Shown here in pieces: positions 30,388 to 42,500 of a DNA stretch of 64,000 nt (position 1 is its first letter; every line of letters starts with the position of its first letter). The translations under genes and the position numbers were made by a program. This stretch comes from Trichoplax sp. H2 (lineage: Eukaryota): the NCBI GenBank assembly GCA_003344405.1, contig NOWV01000111.1, positions 1-64,000 of the forward strand. Direction: 5' to 3'. The notes under the pieces were generated by a model. That model was not told the DNA's origin and searched no databases. It was given only the letters and a program-made list of their open reading frames with translations.

Positions 30388-31708
30388 ATGGCTTTGCAAT
30401 TCAAGTATGCTTGACACCCTGATCGCAGGACGTTTAAGCAATTTCGAAAAACAACAGTCAATGTTGGTGAGTCTAGTGGTTATGAATCAATAAATAAAAA
30501 TTAGCTCAAATACCCTAATTCTAATAAAAGCAAAGGTACGATAGGACACTGTTTTATTGGTTAACAATAACTGCATATTTTGCAGACATTGTAGTTAGTC
30601 TATACTCTACCTCTGTTTATGCTTTTTGCCTAATTGGTCTCAGTTTAGTGATTGGAAATAGTGTATCTTTACTCTCATGTTCGTATATGTATGTTCATAC
30701 TTTTCGAAGTATACCTAAAATCACAATCTAGGAATAGTCACGCCTGCTAAATGAATCATTATAATCTGCTTTGTTGGTAAAGGGTCGATTACTACTGCTA
30801 ACGGATCCGCATTAGTTAAAATTGGTAACACCACTATGCTATGTGGTATAAAGACTGTAAGTTGCTCATCACTATTTTATCATTTAATAAGCGATACTAG
30901 CTAATTCGTAAACTGGATAAACTTCGTAACGATAGCTTTGCAAAGACAGTTTTTTGATAATGTTTTTGAATTAATGTAGGAATTTGCGGTCCCGAAGTTA
31001 GATAGTCCTGACCATGGCTACATTGGTGTGTTCATTTGATTGAGGATATACATCAGAGTTACGGTATACGTCTGCTTAAATATACATTGCCTGGACTGCG
31101 ATGGAAATGTACTAGATGCTAGTGTTATTGCAATGTTGGCTGCCTTGCGAAGTGGTACTTTTGCGCTATTTTCTACTCTATCTTGATACCGTTTTCAAAG
31201 TGTGTCTATTACTCAATTAACTACCATGAATCTTCTATAGCTAAGTTTCCGAAAGTAGAAATTGATGAAGAAGTGATAAACCAATTGTCTCGAAAGATGA
31301 ATCATTTTCTCTAAATGTTAACGACTGTCCTATCTCTTCCACATTTGTATTATTTGATAAGTATGTCTGTCTTTACTGGACTGCTGCAGTTTTATCGCAA
31401 ATAACATGATCTTCATTTGCAACTGTAGAAATTTAATACTAGCGGATCCGACTTCCGAGAAGAAAATTTATCCACGGCTACCTCACCATTACAGTTAATA
31501 ATGATGATGGATTATCTAACGTTCTAAAACCAGGTTTAGTTTCTGACTTAAGACAATAATTATTAAGGTACAAGTATGCCATAGGAATAGCTTGTGTATG
31601 TTTTATCGCGTTATCTTAGGTGGACGTGGCGTAAATGACGCCGAATTAAATGAATGTATAACATTGGCTATAAAAAGAGCACGGGATATGCGAGATCTAC
31701 TATCATGA
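30388..31708 (+). CDS. EXOSC8: Exosome complex component RRP43 (EXOSC8); frameshifted and missing internal exons as assembled
   Basis: MALQFK|..PDRRTFKQFRKTTVNV, GSITTANGSALVKIGNTTMLCGIKT|EFAVPKLDSPDHGYI, CLDCDGNVLDASVIAMLAALRS, CPISSTFVLFD, LILADPTS.EENLS, KP|GGRG; stop at 31706-31708. RNase PH-family motifs. Confidence 0.88.
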
Positions 31709-32169
31709 ATCTACATCTCTCTTTTATTCTTACATTATATTGGAAGTAGTTCTAAGTACTGTCCATTATATAATAACTATCTTCAATAGGAAGCCCTACC
31801 GATCGTTAGATTGATACGCAAATGTGTATTTCATTTTTTTGTATCGATTATCTTACGTATTATATTCTTTCAAGGTATCGTTAATGTTGCTGCACTCAAC
31901 CAATATCAAATTCATTTGTAAAATAAAACAATTTTTGGATAGATTTGACCAGTATGATGTATAGTATACTAAATTATTGCAACTGTTGACTTTTATCTAC
32001 TGAATTTGCCGGTTATGGAAGTAATGTAAGTGTAAAGGCATTGATAAAAAGAGTCAAGAAAAGGCTAATGTTATTAGCCTTCAATTGTACCATAATTATA
32101 GGTCAACAGATGAAAAATTAATTTTATAGGAGGAATCACTAAGAATAAGGCTAAAATAAAAATAAACAT

Positions 32170-33290
32170 AAGAGTAATTCTGAACGACATTAATGCTATC
32201 ATTTGAGAGGCAATGACCAAAATGATCTGAAAAATAAGGATATCGGAATTGTCACAATTTCAGAATTTTGGATATTTATTTAAATTTCTGTGATGTCTTA
32301 TAAGTAGTCTATCAGTCTATAATTGTTTAAATTTTATCCTTATTCTTATTCTAAGTCTATTTCTGAATAAGTGTAAATGCCGTAGTGGCCAAAGAGATAG
32401 ATGTATTGAAATTGATATTTACCGAAAACTCTAAACGTGTCATATTCACACTGTACCAAGGCCGTTGTGCATATCAATAAGATCAATAACCCTGCAGCCA
32501 GATACGGATGAAGAGTAGCAGATACTGTTTTCAATAATGATATAATGAGCTCTAGTGCTTTGTATAATTTCGTAGACTTCACGAGCTGATAAACGAGAGT
32601 AGAATTGATCTAAAAGTAAAATAATAGTTCAGTACTAAATTAGTACTGTATTTAACATAAGTGCTTAATCCATTTCATTCAGTATTCATTCCATGGCTAT
32701 GTTCGATCTCTCTTCTACGCGCGTTTTCATTTCCAATAAGATCGCAATTACCTTCGTAGTCCTTTCTGTTAACCATTTTTCTTCGTAATGAGGATGATTG
32801 GTAACATGCCTACCAGTGCAGCACTTCACCCCCGCAAGAAGTTGCATACTACTAGCAAAGGAGGTTTCCTTCCCAATACTATTACCGTTAACATTAAAAT
32901 AGCCTGTGAGTAGGCATATTGTATAACTAAATAAACTAATAAGTGTAAAGATAATAAAATAGCTGTGAATCTTGTTAGTTTTATAATATATAGCTTAACA
33001 ATACTAATTAATATTAATCCTTAATAATAAAGGCAATCACTTATTACAACTTCTGTGCGAACTTAATCCAGTTCATCAAATCTACAGTGTCAGGATCGTA
33101 AAATTCCCTTAGTTTACTCAATTCAGTTGTTAAGGTAATAGTCAGTATACTATTCTTCTATCCAATTTTAAATCGTTCTAAAAACCTTTTACCTTGATGT
33201 TGGTAAACAAAGATTTACTTTATGTATTTCTTGAATTATTGATCGAAATTAATAGCCACAGAAGCACAAAGTACTACATGTAGTAAGTCA
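32170..33290 (-). CDS. DPY19L3: DPY19L3-like tryptophan C-mannosyltransferase, C-terminal fragment only
   Basis: LTTELSKLREFYDPDTVDLMNWI (~33063-33133), FASSMQLLAGVKCCTGRHVTNHPHYEEKWLTERT (~32752-32878) and QFYSRLSAREVEIIQ-type helix through YIIIENSICY..GCRVIDLIDMHNG (~32457-32608). These match recalled DPY19L3/4 C-terminal motifs. Boundaries approximate. Confidence 0.85.
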
Positions 33291-33699
33291 ATCTGCGCCG
33301 TACTGGTATATGTGCAAAATTGAATGATTCTATTTGAGGATAATCTATAGTGCAAATTTAATTAAAATATAGCAAATTCTGAATACCTTTTTTTACGTTT
33401 CCATACTCCTATATAGATATTTATTAATTCTACTATGAACGCATTGTTACGTTCCAAACTACGTTATTGCGATTTATGGTTAGTTGTTATTGAAGTAGCT
33501 ATCCCCTCAATGACGTATAATTTGATAAATGATTCTAATTAATCATTATCCCAGTAGGATAGTTCCTACACTAGTTACAGTAACTTTATAGTCTGAGTTG
33601 TATTGTCACCTTGGAAAAAATCTCTGAAGTAGCTTTAGAGATGGGAGGAAATTAACTACTTCATTAACAAACGAAACCAATCATAAGAGAATAGAAGTT

Positions 33700-33788
33700 G
33701 CTACTTCAGCTCCTGGCGGAATGCACCTGCGTATTTCTTTCTAGGTGCTGCTTCAGCTCCCCGCGAAATGCACATGCGTATTTCTTTC
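33700..33788. repeat. Two-copy tandem repeat, period 47 bp, next to a CCAAT-like motif (aaccaatca near 33675)
   Basis: gctacttcagctcctggcggaatgcacctgcgtatttctttc (33700-33741) and gctgcttcagctccccgcgaaatgcacatgcgtatttctttc (33747-33788). Confidence 0.85.
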
Positions 33789-33821
33789 ATTGCGCAAAAG
33801 TGACAAACTAAGGAAGATGAA

Positions 33822-34085
33822 TACTACAGTATACTGTACATACAGTACAGTACAGTTATACAGTACTTTCTACTGTATTCTGTTACCAAATACTGAAATT
33901 ATTAAGTTGCTCTACGTACGTACAGTACAGTGTACAGACCTGAGAAAGGTTCGGTTTAAACCGTTATGATCTACTGTACGTACAGTACAGTATACAGTAT
34001 AACAGTACTACGACGTACTGTACCTTAGACTGTACAGTGTACAGTCTACAGTCTATAGTGTACGCACAGTACTGTACTGTACGGT
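33822..34085. repeat. Degenerate (ACAGT)n/(ACTGT)n array in the DPY19/TRNT1 divergent intergenic region
   Basis: Many tacagtacag and actgtactgt units in both orientations. Confidence 0.9.
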
Positions 34086-34337
34086 AATGTTCTGCATACA
34101 CAGAGTAAGGTATATGTTCATACACAAGTCTTCAGCATTGAAATACACTCAGAAGTTCATTACCAACTTATACATTGACCCAAACAGCCCTTGTTGGAAT
34201 AACGTAACCTACGATTAGACGCTGAGATTATGATTTCACTATTGGACGTTTTAGTGTATGCGTACTAAACCTATTTAACGTATCAAGACATTGATTGGCT
34301 CGGATCTTGGCATCAAGAAGACTTTAGCTTCCTGGAC

Positions 34338-35959
34338 ATGATCGGATTTGACTAAGGATAACTTTGAATCAAAATTCTCCTTAACTTAGAACTTTCCAAC
34401 CATTAGTCATCCAACTTTTCCAAGAAAATAATTATCAAATCAGATTAGTAGGAGGAGTTGTTAGGGATGTGCTCTTGGATAAGGTTGCCAAAGATATCGA
34501 CTTAGGTAGGGCAAGCCATTCAATACTGCAGTGATCTTTACACTTTCATAATGGTACATTAAATTCAGATTGATCAAGATCCGATGCAACTCCTGATCAA
34601 ATGATTGAAATCTTGAAAAAAAATGAAATCAAATATGTGGAAACAGGATTACAACATGGAACATCACGGTTATTATTAATAAAGCTATTTTTGAAATTAC
34701 TACTTTAAGGATAGACGCAATAACAGATGGGCGTCATGCACAAGTAAGTACTTTAATTTACTTCAAATATGCCATATTGAAGAATAAAGCATCAACAAAA
34801 CATATAATAACATTCAAAATTTACTCCCAATCCAAGGTACAATTTACTAATGATTGGAGAATTGATGCTGAAAGAAGGGATTTAACTATCAATGCCATGT
34901 CTCTATCCATTGATGGCACTTTATTTGATTACTTTAATGGACGAGAAGATCTTATCAAAGGCGAATAATTTTTGTAGGTAATACCAGGAAAAGGATACAA
35001 GAAGATTATCTTCGCATTTTACGTTATTTTCGTTTCTATGGTCGAATAGCTGCTAATGCCGACAGTCATGATCCTGATATTCTGCAAGAAATTCGTCATA
35101 CAGCTGCTGGACTCGAGAAAATCGCTTCGGAGCGGATTTGGATGGAGATGTCGAAAATATTAGTCGGAAATTTTGCCCCCGATCTCCTACGTCTCATGTA
35201 TGATCTCGGTGTCGCTTCACATATCAGTAAGCCATTCAATATATCAACCAATGTTATCATATTTGATAGCTATACTATAGCATGAAAGATGTCCTTGACT
35301 AAGAACTGAACTCTATGATAGAGTGTTATCGTTATATAACATATAGCATATAGTGCAAGGATTTATCAATTTTAACTTTAACTTTATAATTGTCAATCAC
35401 AGATTTACCAAAAGACGGTAATGTTGAAGAATTTCAAGCGATATGGGATCGAATGCGAAATTATAAGCCCCAACCTGCTGTCTTACTCGCAAGCTTGGTG
35501 AATTCTGTATCAAGCGCTGAAGCGCTAGCTAGGACTGGAAGTTATCGAACGTGGAACGATTTTTGATGAAGTTTATAACTGGCAAGAGACAAAATCACTA
35601 TACGATACTTAAGCAATATCAAGACTTACTATTTGACAAAGAAACCATGTCCAGAGATCATATCATTCAACTAATGTATTACAATGGTCATTCACAATTA
35701 GTGGATGATATTAATAATTGGGTAATTCCCAAATTTCCTATAGGTGGTAATGACTTAAAATCTTTAGGTCATAAGCCTGGACCTCAATTTAAAAGAACCC
35801 TGGATATGCTGAAAAAGCATTGGATGGATACCAATCACTGCGTAAACTTTCCTCAATATTATACTTGATGAGCTTACTGAAGTATTAATGATCAAATGTG
35901 TTACTTTAAGTAATAGAGAGGTACTTGTCTACCTTGCATATAAGGTACATAAGTTGTAA
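34338..35959 (+). CDS. TRNT1: CCA tRNA nucleotidyltransferase (class II); frameshifted as assembled; ends approximate
   Basis: [28 protein letters not shown] (catalytic DxD), [61 protein letters not shown] (EDxxR), [16 protein letters not shown]. Confidence 0.93.
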
Positions 35960-36514
35960 TAGGATTTTTTTAATATTTTAATTATATTTGTTTCTAAAAA
36001 ATTAATCTCTGTATTGATGTTTGCTGAAATGGCTTGATATTGGTACACATTCTAATCAGAAGTATTTTATTCCTTACGATGAGAAAATTTCTTTCATAAA
36101 GCTGAAAATTTATTCGTGTAAAAATTCATATTGCTGAGCTCTCAAATGTTGATATTAGTAGCTAAAAAATGACCACTATTGAACAACGATAACCGATTAA
36201 TGCTATGTTGCCAGTGCCACAGGGTTATTTTTCTAGACTCAATTAAACATAAACTGTTGTTCATTAATAATCATGATATCAAAATGACATTCTTCACCAC
36301 AGAGATGAAGACAAAAACCTAAATTATTTTATTTATCTCTGTACTTATCGAGTTGTATAAAATTTGTTGAATAGTAGAAATATATTAGTTGCTTTCCGAA
36401 CGGCGTGGATAGTATTACAATTACTAATGTGTCTGTAGTGATAATGATAAAAAAGTTAGTCTAAGATCTGAATAGAGTTATTACGAAATTATGTCGTTAT
36501 CCTAACAAATTAAG

Positions 36515-39500
36515 TTACCAACAAAGATGTGCTACATTTCCATTAGCTTGATCTTCAAAATCGCATGTGTATAATTGAATTCTTGCTAATTGATATCGTT
36601 TAAAAATAGAGATCTGACTACGATTATTCAATGATGCCACCTAGATCAGTAGTTATTGCAGTTATTTTTACATATTAACATCAATTGCCGCAATATCTTG
36701 GTTAAGGCTATGAATAAGCTCTGCGCTACTCTCGCTCTTGGATTTTAGCTTCTCTGGATTAACTGGACAACCAACCGGCAACGTTATCACTTGTCGAATG
36801 GACATGAATTGTTGCTAGTTGACTACAGTTATCTGATAATGTAGCTGCTATGACCTTTAAAAATGTATCATATGAAGTATAATTAAAGATTTATTCATTA
36901 CATTAACGCAGTGATTTCATGTCTAAATTCAACGGTACTAGGTTCTGGAAAATTTGGAGGTGTCCTCGATAATGTCCATTCTCCTAAGACCGCATTGTCA
37001 GCAAGTACAGCTGCGATAACCACATTTGGTAGAGATTCACGGATAAAAATTGTACACAATCCTAAACGATTGAAAACGGTCCATAGATGCTTTCTTCCAG
37101 CATATGGCAATATGCTATTCAACGAAAAACCATAAAATTAATCAATTTTAAAACATTATGTAAGCTAAATCATTTCATTACAATTAAATTTATGTAAGTG
37201 ATTGAATTAGGCGCTACAACAAGGCAAACTTCAATTTAATCATGTTATTACTGACCAATGTTTACTTCTAGAGGTATCTTCGCGCAATGAGGTAATCAAC
37301 CAGATTTCTATACCATCATCTGATATACCCGCTAAGAAATCATCCTTTGGAGAATAGCATACAGGAGTACAATTTCTAATAAAACAGAACAGAAATCAAA
37401 GCTTGATTATTAAATAAGATAACGATTTATCTCAAGCCTAATGTTACATGCCCTTCTATCAATGTCATTAAAGCTCATATTTAGCTGAAATCCTACTAGC
37501 CATCCTCAAATAATAACTTTAGAAAGTAATCCTGCAATGCCGTTATTCATATTTGTTACCTGAATTAGTATCGGCAATTAATGATCCTTCAGCTTAGGCG
37601 GCTGCGTTTCCCATAGCCATAGATGCTGATCGCGAGTGCTGTAACAAGTATATTGCCTTTGTGCGAAATAGACAGCGTTCCACTGAATTTTTATGCACCT
37701 AAATTGGCACAAAATAGGCACATCAATGAACATTAAGTTAAAGCTGTTCGATAGGAGTCTATTTACGCTTTAAACATAATGTCGGATAAGGTAGATTCAA
37801 GTTGAAAGAAATTAGTAATGTCGACATACGGGCTGCTTAAATTCTTCAGCACTGGTAGGCACAATACAACTACCATCCCATAGCCTTACTGAGCCATCCT
37901 TTGAAGATGTTGCTAATACGGTCGATTCAATATTGCCAGGGTCATAAACAATTGCACAAGAAGTAATCTCCATGGCATGACCTTTTAAAGCAGCTCTACT
38001 TATACTATTTTGCTTATTGAGGATGATAAGCTATGCAGAGACAATGAATGACATAAAAGCATGCTTTAAAAGTAGGCTTGAACATTGATCTTATTCATTA
38101 CGATAGAAAATATTGATTATGTAATTGATAAATAGGAGAGAATTAAGCGTTAAACTAATTTTCAAGCTAATTTCAGAGGTTATAAAATAATCTATTAATA
38201 GTGTAGATTTAAGAAGGTAAATCTTAGTTATAAAAAGACAATTAAGGTTTAGCTGCTTACTTGCAGTTCTCGGCTATTGGTGCGATTTGGAGTGGCAATA
38301 TAATCCAAATTTAACGAGAAAGAAATAAATCGATGATCGCTAGCGCAATTTAAGGTCAACTTTTGACCAATACGTTTCCCTTTAAAAAATGTATGATATG
38401 ACAATTTTAGCAAAATCTGATCGTAAAATAGTGTTGTAATTAATTGCTTTAAATTTATCAGTACATTTGAAGCAAAACTTTGATATTGTGAGAACTATAA
38501 TAATTTTAAAACTACAATACCGTAGTAGAATAAACTTACCATTACTAACATGCCAAATGTAAGTTCCGTCCGGTAAGACAGCTGCAACTCTTTTGGAATC
38601 TCTGATAATCGAATAACTGCGTTTGTAGCTTCACTATCATACAGCTTATCTGTCGCTAACTTCCTAATTTCCTATCAAAATTTATTAATAAATTGAAAAA
38701 TCATTAAATTACATTATCTGATCGTGGATAATGATAGTAAAGGAGGTAAAGTTTGATTATCGACATTAAATGCGCAATTTACTACCAGAATTTAATACTG
38801 CTAACCTTAAATTTAGACAAACTTTCATCCGTATCCCATGCAGTTATCCAGTCACAATGAGGTGGAAAAGCAACTGTTTAATGCTTGGATGCTTGATTTT
38901 CATTAGTAATGATCCACTTACAACCTATATGCACACATACGCGTATGTATCCAAAATTATTAAAATGCAGTAATACAGCTATTCAATCTGAAATTTTAAT
39001 TAGGATACATCATAAGGTGATAGTAAAATATAATATATTGCAATGCTACGAGTTTCAAGGCATAATTAAAGGATTTTATTTGTGCCATACTCTTAAGATA
39101 TTGTCATGCAAAATGTTGCCAAATATTTACAATCATCAGAAAATTGGCAGAATAAAGTCGATTCAGGATGTTCTAATAGTGCTATTTCTGCTGACATGGT
39201 CTGCGACTTAACTTGATCAATATAATATCGCTGAATGTTAAATTTATCATTCTTTTCTATAAATACATTAAAATGTATAGCAAATAATTAGATAAGAAAT
39301 AATTGACATCGCAAGTTGTGAGAGATCTATTTTAATAGAAATAAACATTGTAGACAAAACTATCAGTGTTCAACAGCTACTATAACCTAAGATACTAGGC
39401 ACAAGTACTGAAGCAATGGCAGCAATATTTTTTTAACTGATCTTGGGATAATTTTAATTTACTACAATCTTGCACTCTAACGTACAATTTAAACTATTCT

Positions 39501-42500
39501 CGTACAACCTTGGATCGTAATGTAAGCTATATTTGGGGCTGAACTACATTAGCCTTCAAGAAAATTTAAATTTTTTAGAATTTACACTAGAGAATAGCTA
39601 TAATAATATAAACTATCATTAACAACCGTGTATTGTAATTCGATTAAAACGTAAAATTATTACAGGTAGAGTACGCTTACCTTTCCGCCTTTTATTTCGC
39701 ATATAGTTCTAGCATAGAAATATAAAAATTAAATACGGAGCAATCTCATATACATTTATAACTTAGAGAGTATCAATTTATTCAAAGTAAATCGAATCTA
39801 CTTGGTGTAGAATTTGGATGAAATGCATACCACAGCTAGTTTGAAAATAGTGGAATCATCTGGCTGATTGAGAGCCTCTTGAATCAGCATATCAGGATGG
39901 TCTTGCAGTGTATTCGTGCATGAACGGATAAATTTATAACAATTATCGAGCTTTGGATTATCGCCAGCAAACAAGGAAGCCTGGTAATAAATAGGAAGTT
40001 GATAGTCAATTAAATTCAGGCGCAATTAGGCAAAATATTTAAATGCTAGTTTCGCTAAAATCAGTATTAACCTGAGATAATTCTAAGCATAATTCAAAAC
40101 TCTGCCGGATCTGCATTTTGCTTCTAGCCATTCTAGATCGCACATAATCTATGGAAAATTAAATTAAGTAAGCGGTTGTTAATTATAAAATTAATGCACT
40201 TTTTACCTATAAAATTAAAATAAATCAACAGTAGGATCCCTATACCTTTTCTGCATCATTCCAGCGCTTAGATTCAATAAGATGATGTGCTAATTCACTT
40301 AATTTTCGATGATTATAATTCACAGTAGCCGACTTTATCTGCAAAGTTTGAGATTTTTTATCGCTTTCCTCATCTTCATCTTCAGCACTAAATATCGTTG
40401 GTTGCTCCGGGACCATTCGGTATGCTACACAGAATTCGCCAGTCTTTTCATTTTTAAATGGTTTGGCCGTATTTGACCATCTAATAAAGTCAAATAGTGC
40501 GCGGAATGGTAATTGAATTAAAGTTATGAACGCCATACTAAATTGGCTTGACTTAGAGCAATATACGCGTATATTATTAATTGTAAATTCTTCGTATTTA
40601 ATAATATTATAAGTTCCTGCGGCTTTAATTTCAGGTAGCATACGCCCAATACTAATTTATTTAACGCTGTATGAGTTTTAGCCCCTAAATCTCTGAATAT
40701 GTATCACCATTATGAATACAGACACTAAATATTAAGATATACGAAAGGACAACCCCTTACTCTTAACGAGATTTAATAAGCGGCAAAACAGCAACTTATA
40801 CGTTATTTGCATTTACATTCTCGATGACTACTAACCTTCCAATGAAATAATCAACCAACATCCCATGAATTTCCTCTTTAAATTCAACAAGAAAGTATTC
40901 TTAGCAACCTCTCGAAATTGTCGATGATACCATGAATAGATACACGCCATCTGCACCTCTCTCAGCTAGATAATCACCTAGATTTCAAAAAATAAGCGAT
41001 TCTCATTTATATTTTTAATCTAGTACGGATCTAAATTTATTGCTAAGCAACAAATTTAAAGACCAGTTCTATGCAATTTGTGATATACCCCCTTCAAAGA
41101 ACAGGCTACTGATAAAAAAATATTAGAACGGATCCACATCATGATATGAAACTTCGAAAATATAATATTCGATTGCCATGTTTTATACAATCCAAATATA
41201 CTGGTACTGTATGACGATTGCAACAAATAAATAAACACATATATACGTGTTTTAAAGGGTAAGAAGAAATCTTACCTAAATCATTACGCAGTCGCGTCCA
41301 AAGTAGTGTAGGTAATCGTCTTAAGGGAGGAATATGAAACTGAAAGACATCCCTTAAAGCTTCTTCATCGCACGAAAGTAAATCTTCTAACTCTGTGGAC
41401 GATAAACCTTTTTACTGGCCGTTATGTAGCCGAGAGCTCGTTTGACAATAATGTCCCATGAACCTGATTTAACCTGGAAAACGCCCACCACAGCAATAAA
41501 GTTTACTCATCGACGGAGGATACTGTATATCACAATATTATCTATTGTACCTTTCAAAAAACTGCTTAATAATTTCTCTAGGAGTTGGAGCTAATTTCAT
41601 TTCCGATTCAGGTGTATATGATTTCCATCGCTGTGCTGCTGAGCAAGCAAGCTTAAGGTATAATGGAGTTGGTGTACTACAGGCCTTTAGAATGAAATTT
41701 CTTTGTGCAGTAGTTAATTTCCTAAATTAGATTACAGTTATTACACAATGAGATCTTCCAACATTAGCATTGTCAGCAACGATCGAATTCGATATTCCTA
41801 TACAGATGCCATCAAGTATGATCTAAGTTAACAGAAGCTGATTGTACTTTACCAGAATAACTACATCTTTCAAAAATTACTTAAAATAAATCAGTTCGAA
41901 TTTCAAGTCTTTACCTGCCCAGTGATTTTAGCAAAAACTTAATAATTTCTGTTGTATCATCTTTATTTAAGGTTTGAATCTATAACGAAATGATTAAAAT
42001 TACAGAATTCAATAATCATTATAAAGGAAAATTATTTATAAATTATATTTAAGCATGGAAAGCAAGTCAGTGTAACTAATATGTGCCGTATTGACTTTCT
42101 AAGATCTTACTTCAACATAATAGTCTTTAGTAGGGTATAGAAAATCTAGACTTTGCAAGCAAATGCCAGGTAGGGCACTAAGGACAATGTAAACATTATC
42201 TGGTAAATTTCGCGGGAGCCAAACTAAGAATGAGCTTCATCTTCGTCATTTAATTGATCCAGAAATATAACTGTAAAATAGTAGAAGCGATCTGTTTTGA
42301 TTACAACGAATAATTATGATTTCATGAAAGGCTGAAATAATCCTATGCTCTAATCATCTTCCGATTCATAAGCCTAACAGAACTTCTGATATCGTAATTA
42401 ATAGATTACCTAAAGGCTTATTAGACCTTGGACATATCACAAGCAAATCATGGAATTTCTTAGTCACTGATCGGAAATCCTTTCGTATTGATTTTACATC

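Noticed and set aside
32346..32582. 78-aa hydrophobic ORF resembling a signal peptide
   Set aside because: It is an alternative frame of the DPY19-like exon; the conserved protein lies in another frame.
34640..34990. Programmed frameshifting or RNA editing as the explanation for TRNT1 frameshifts
   Set aside because: No slippery-site pattern, and neighbouring genes have similar lesions plus lost exons; error or decay is simpler.
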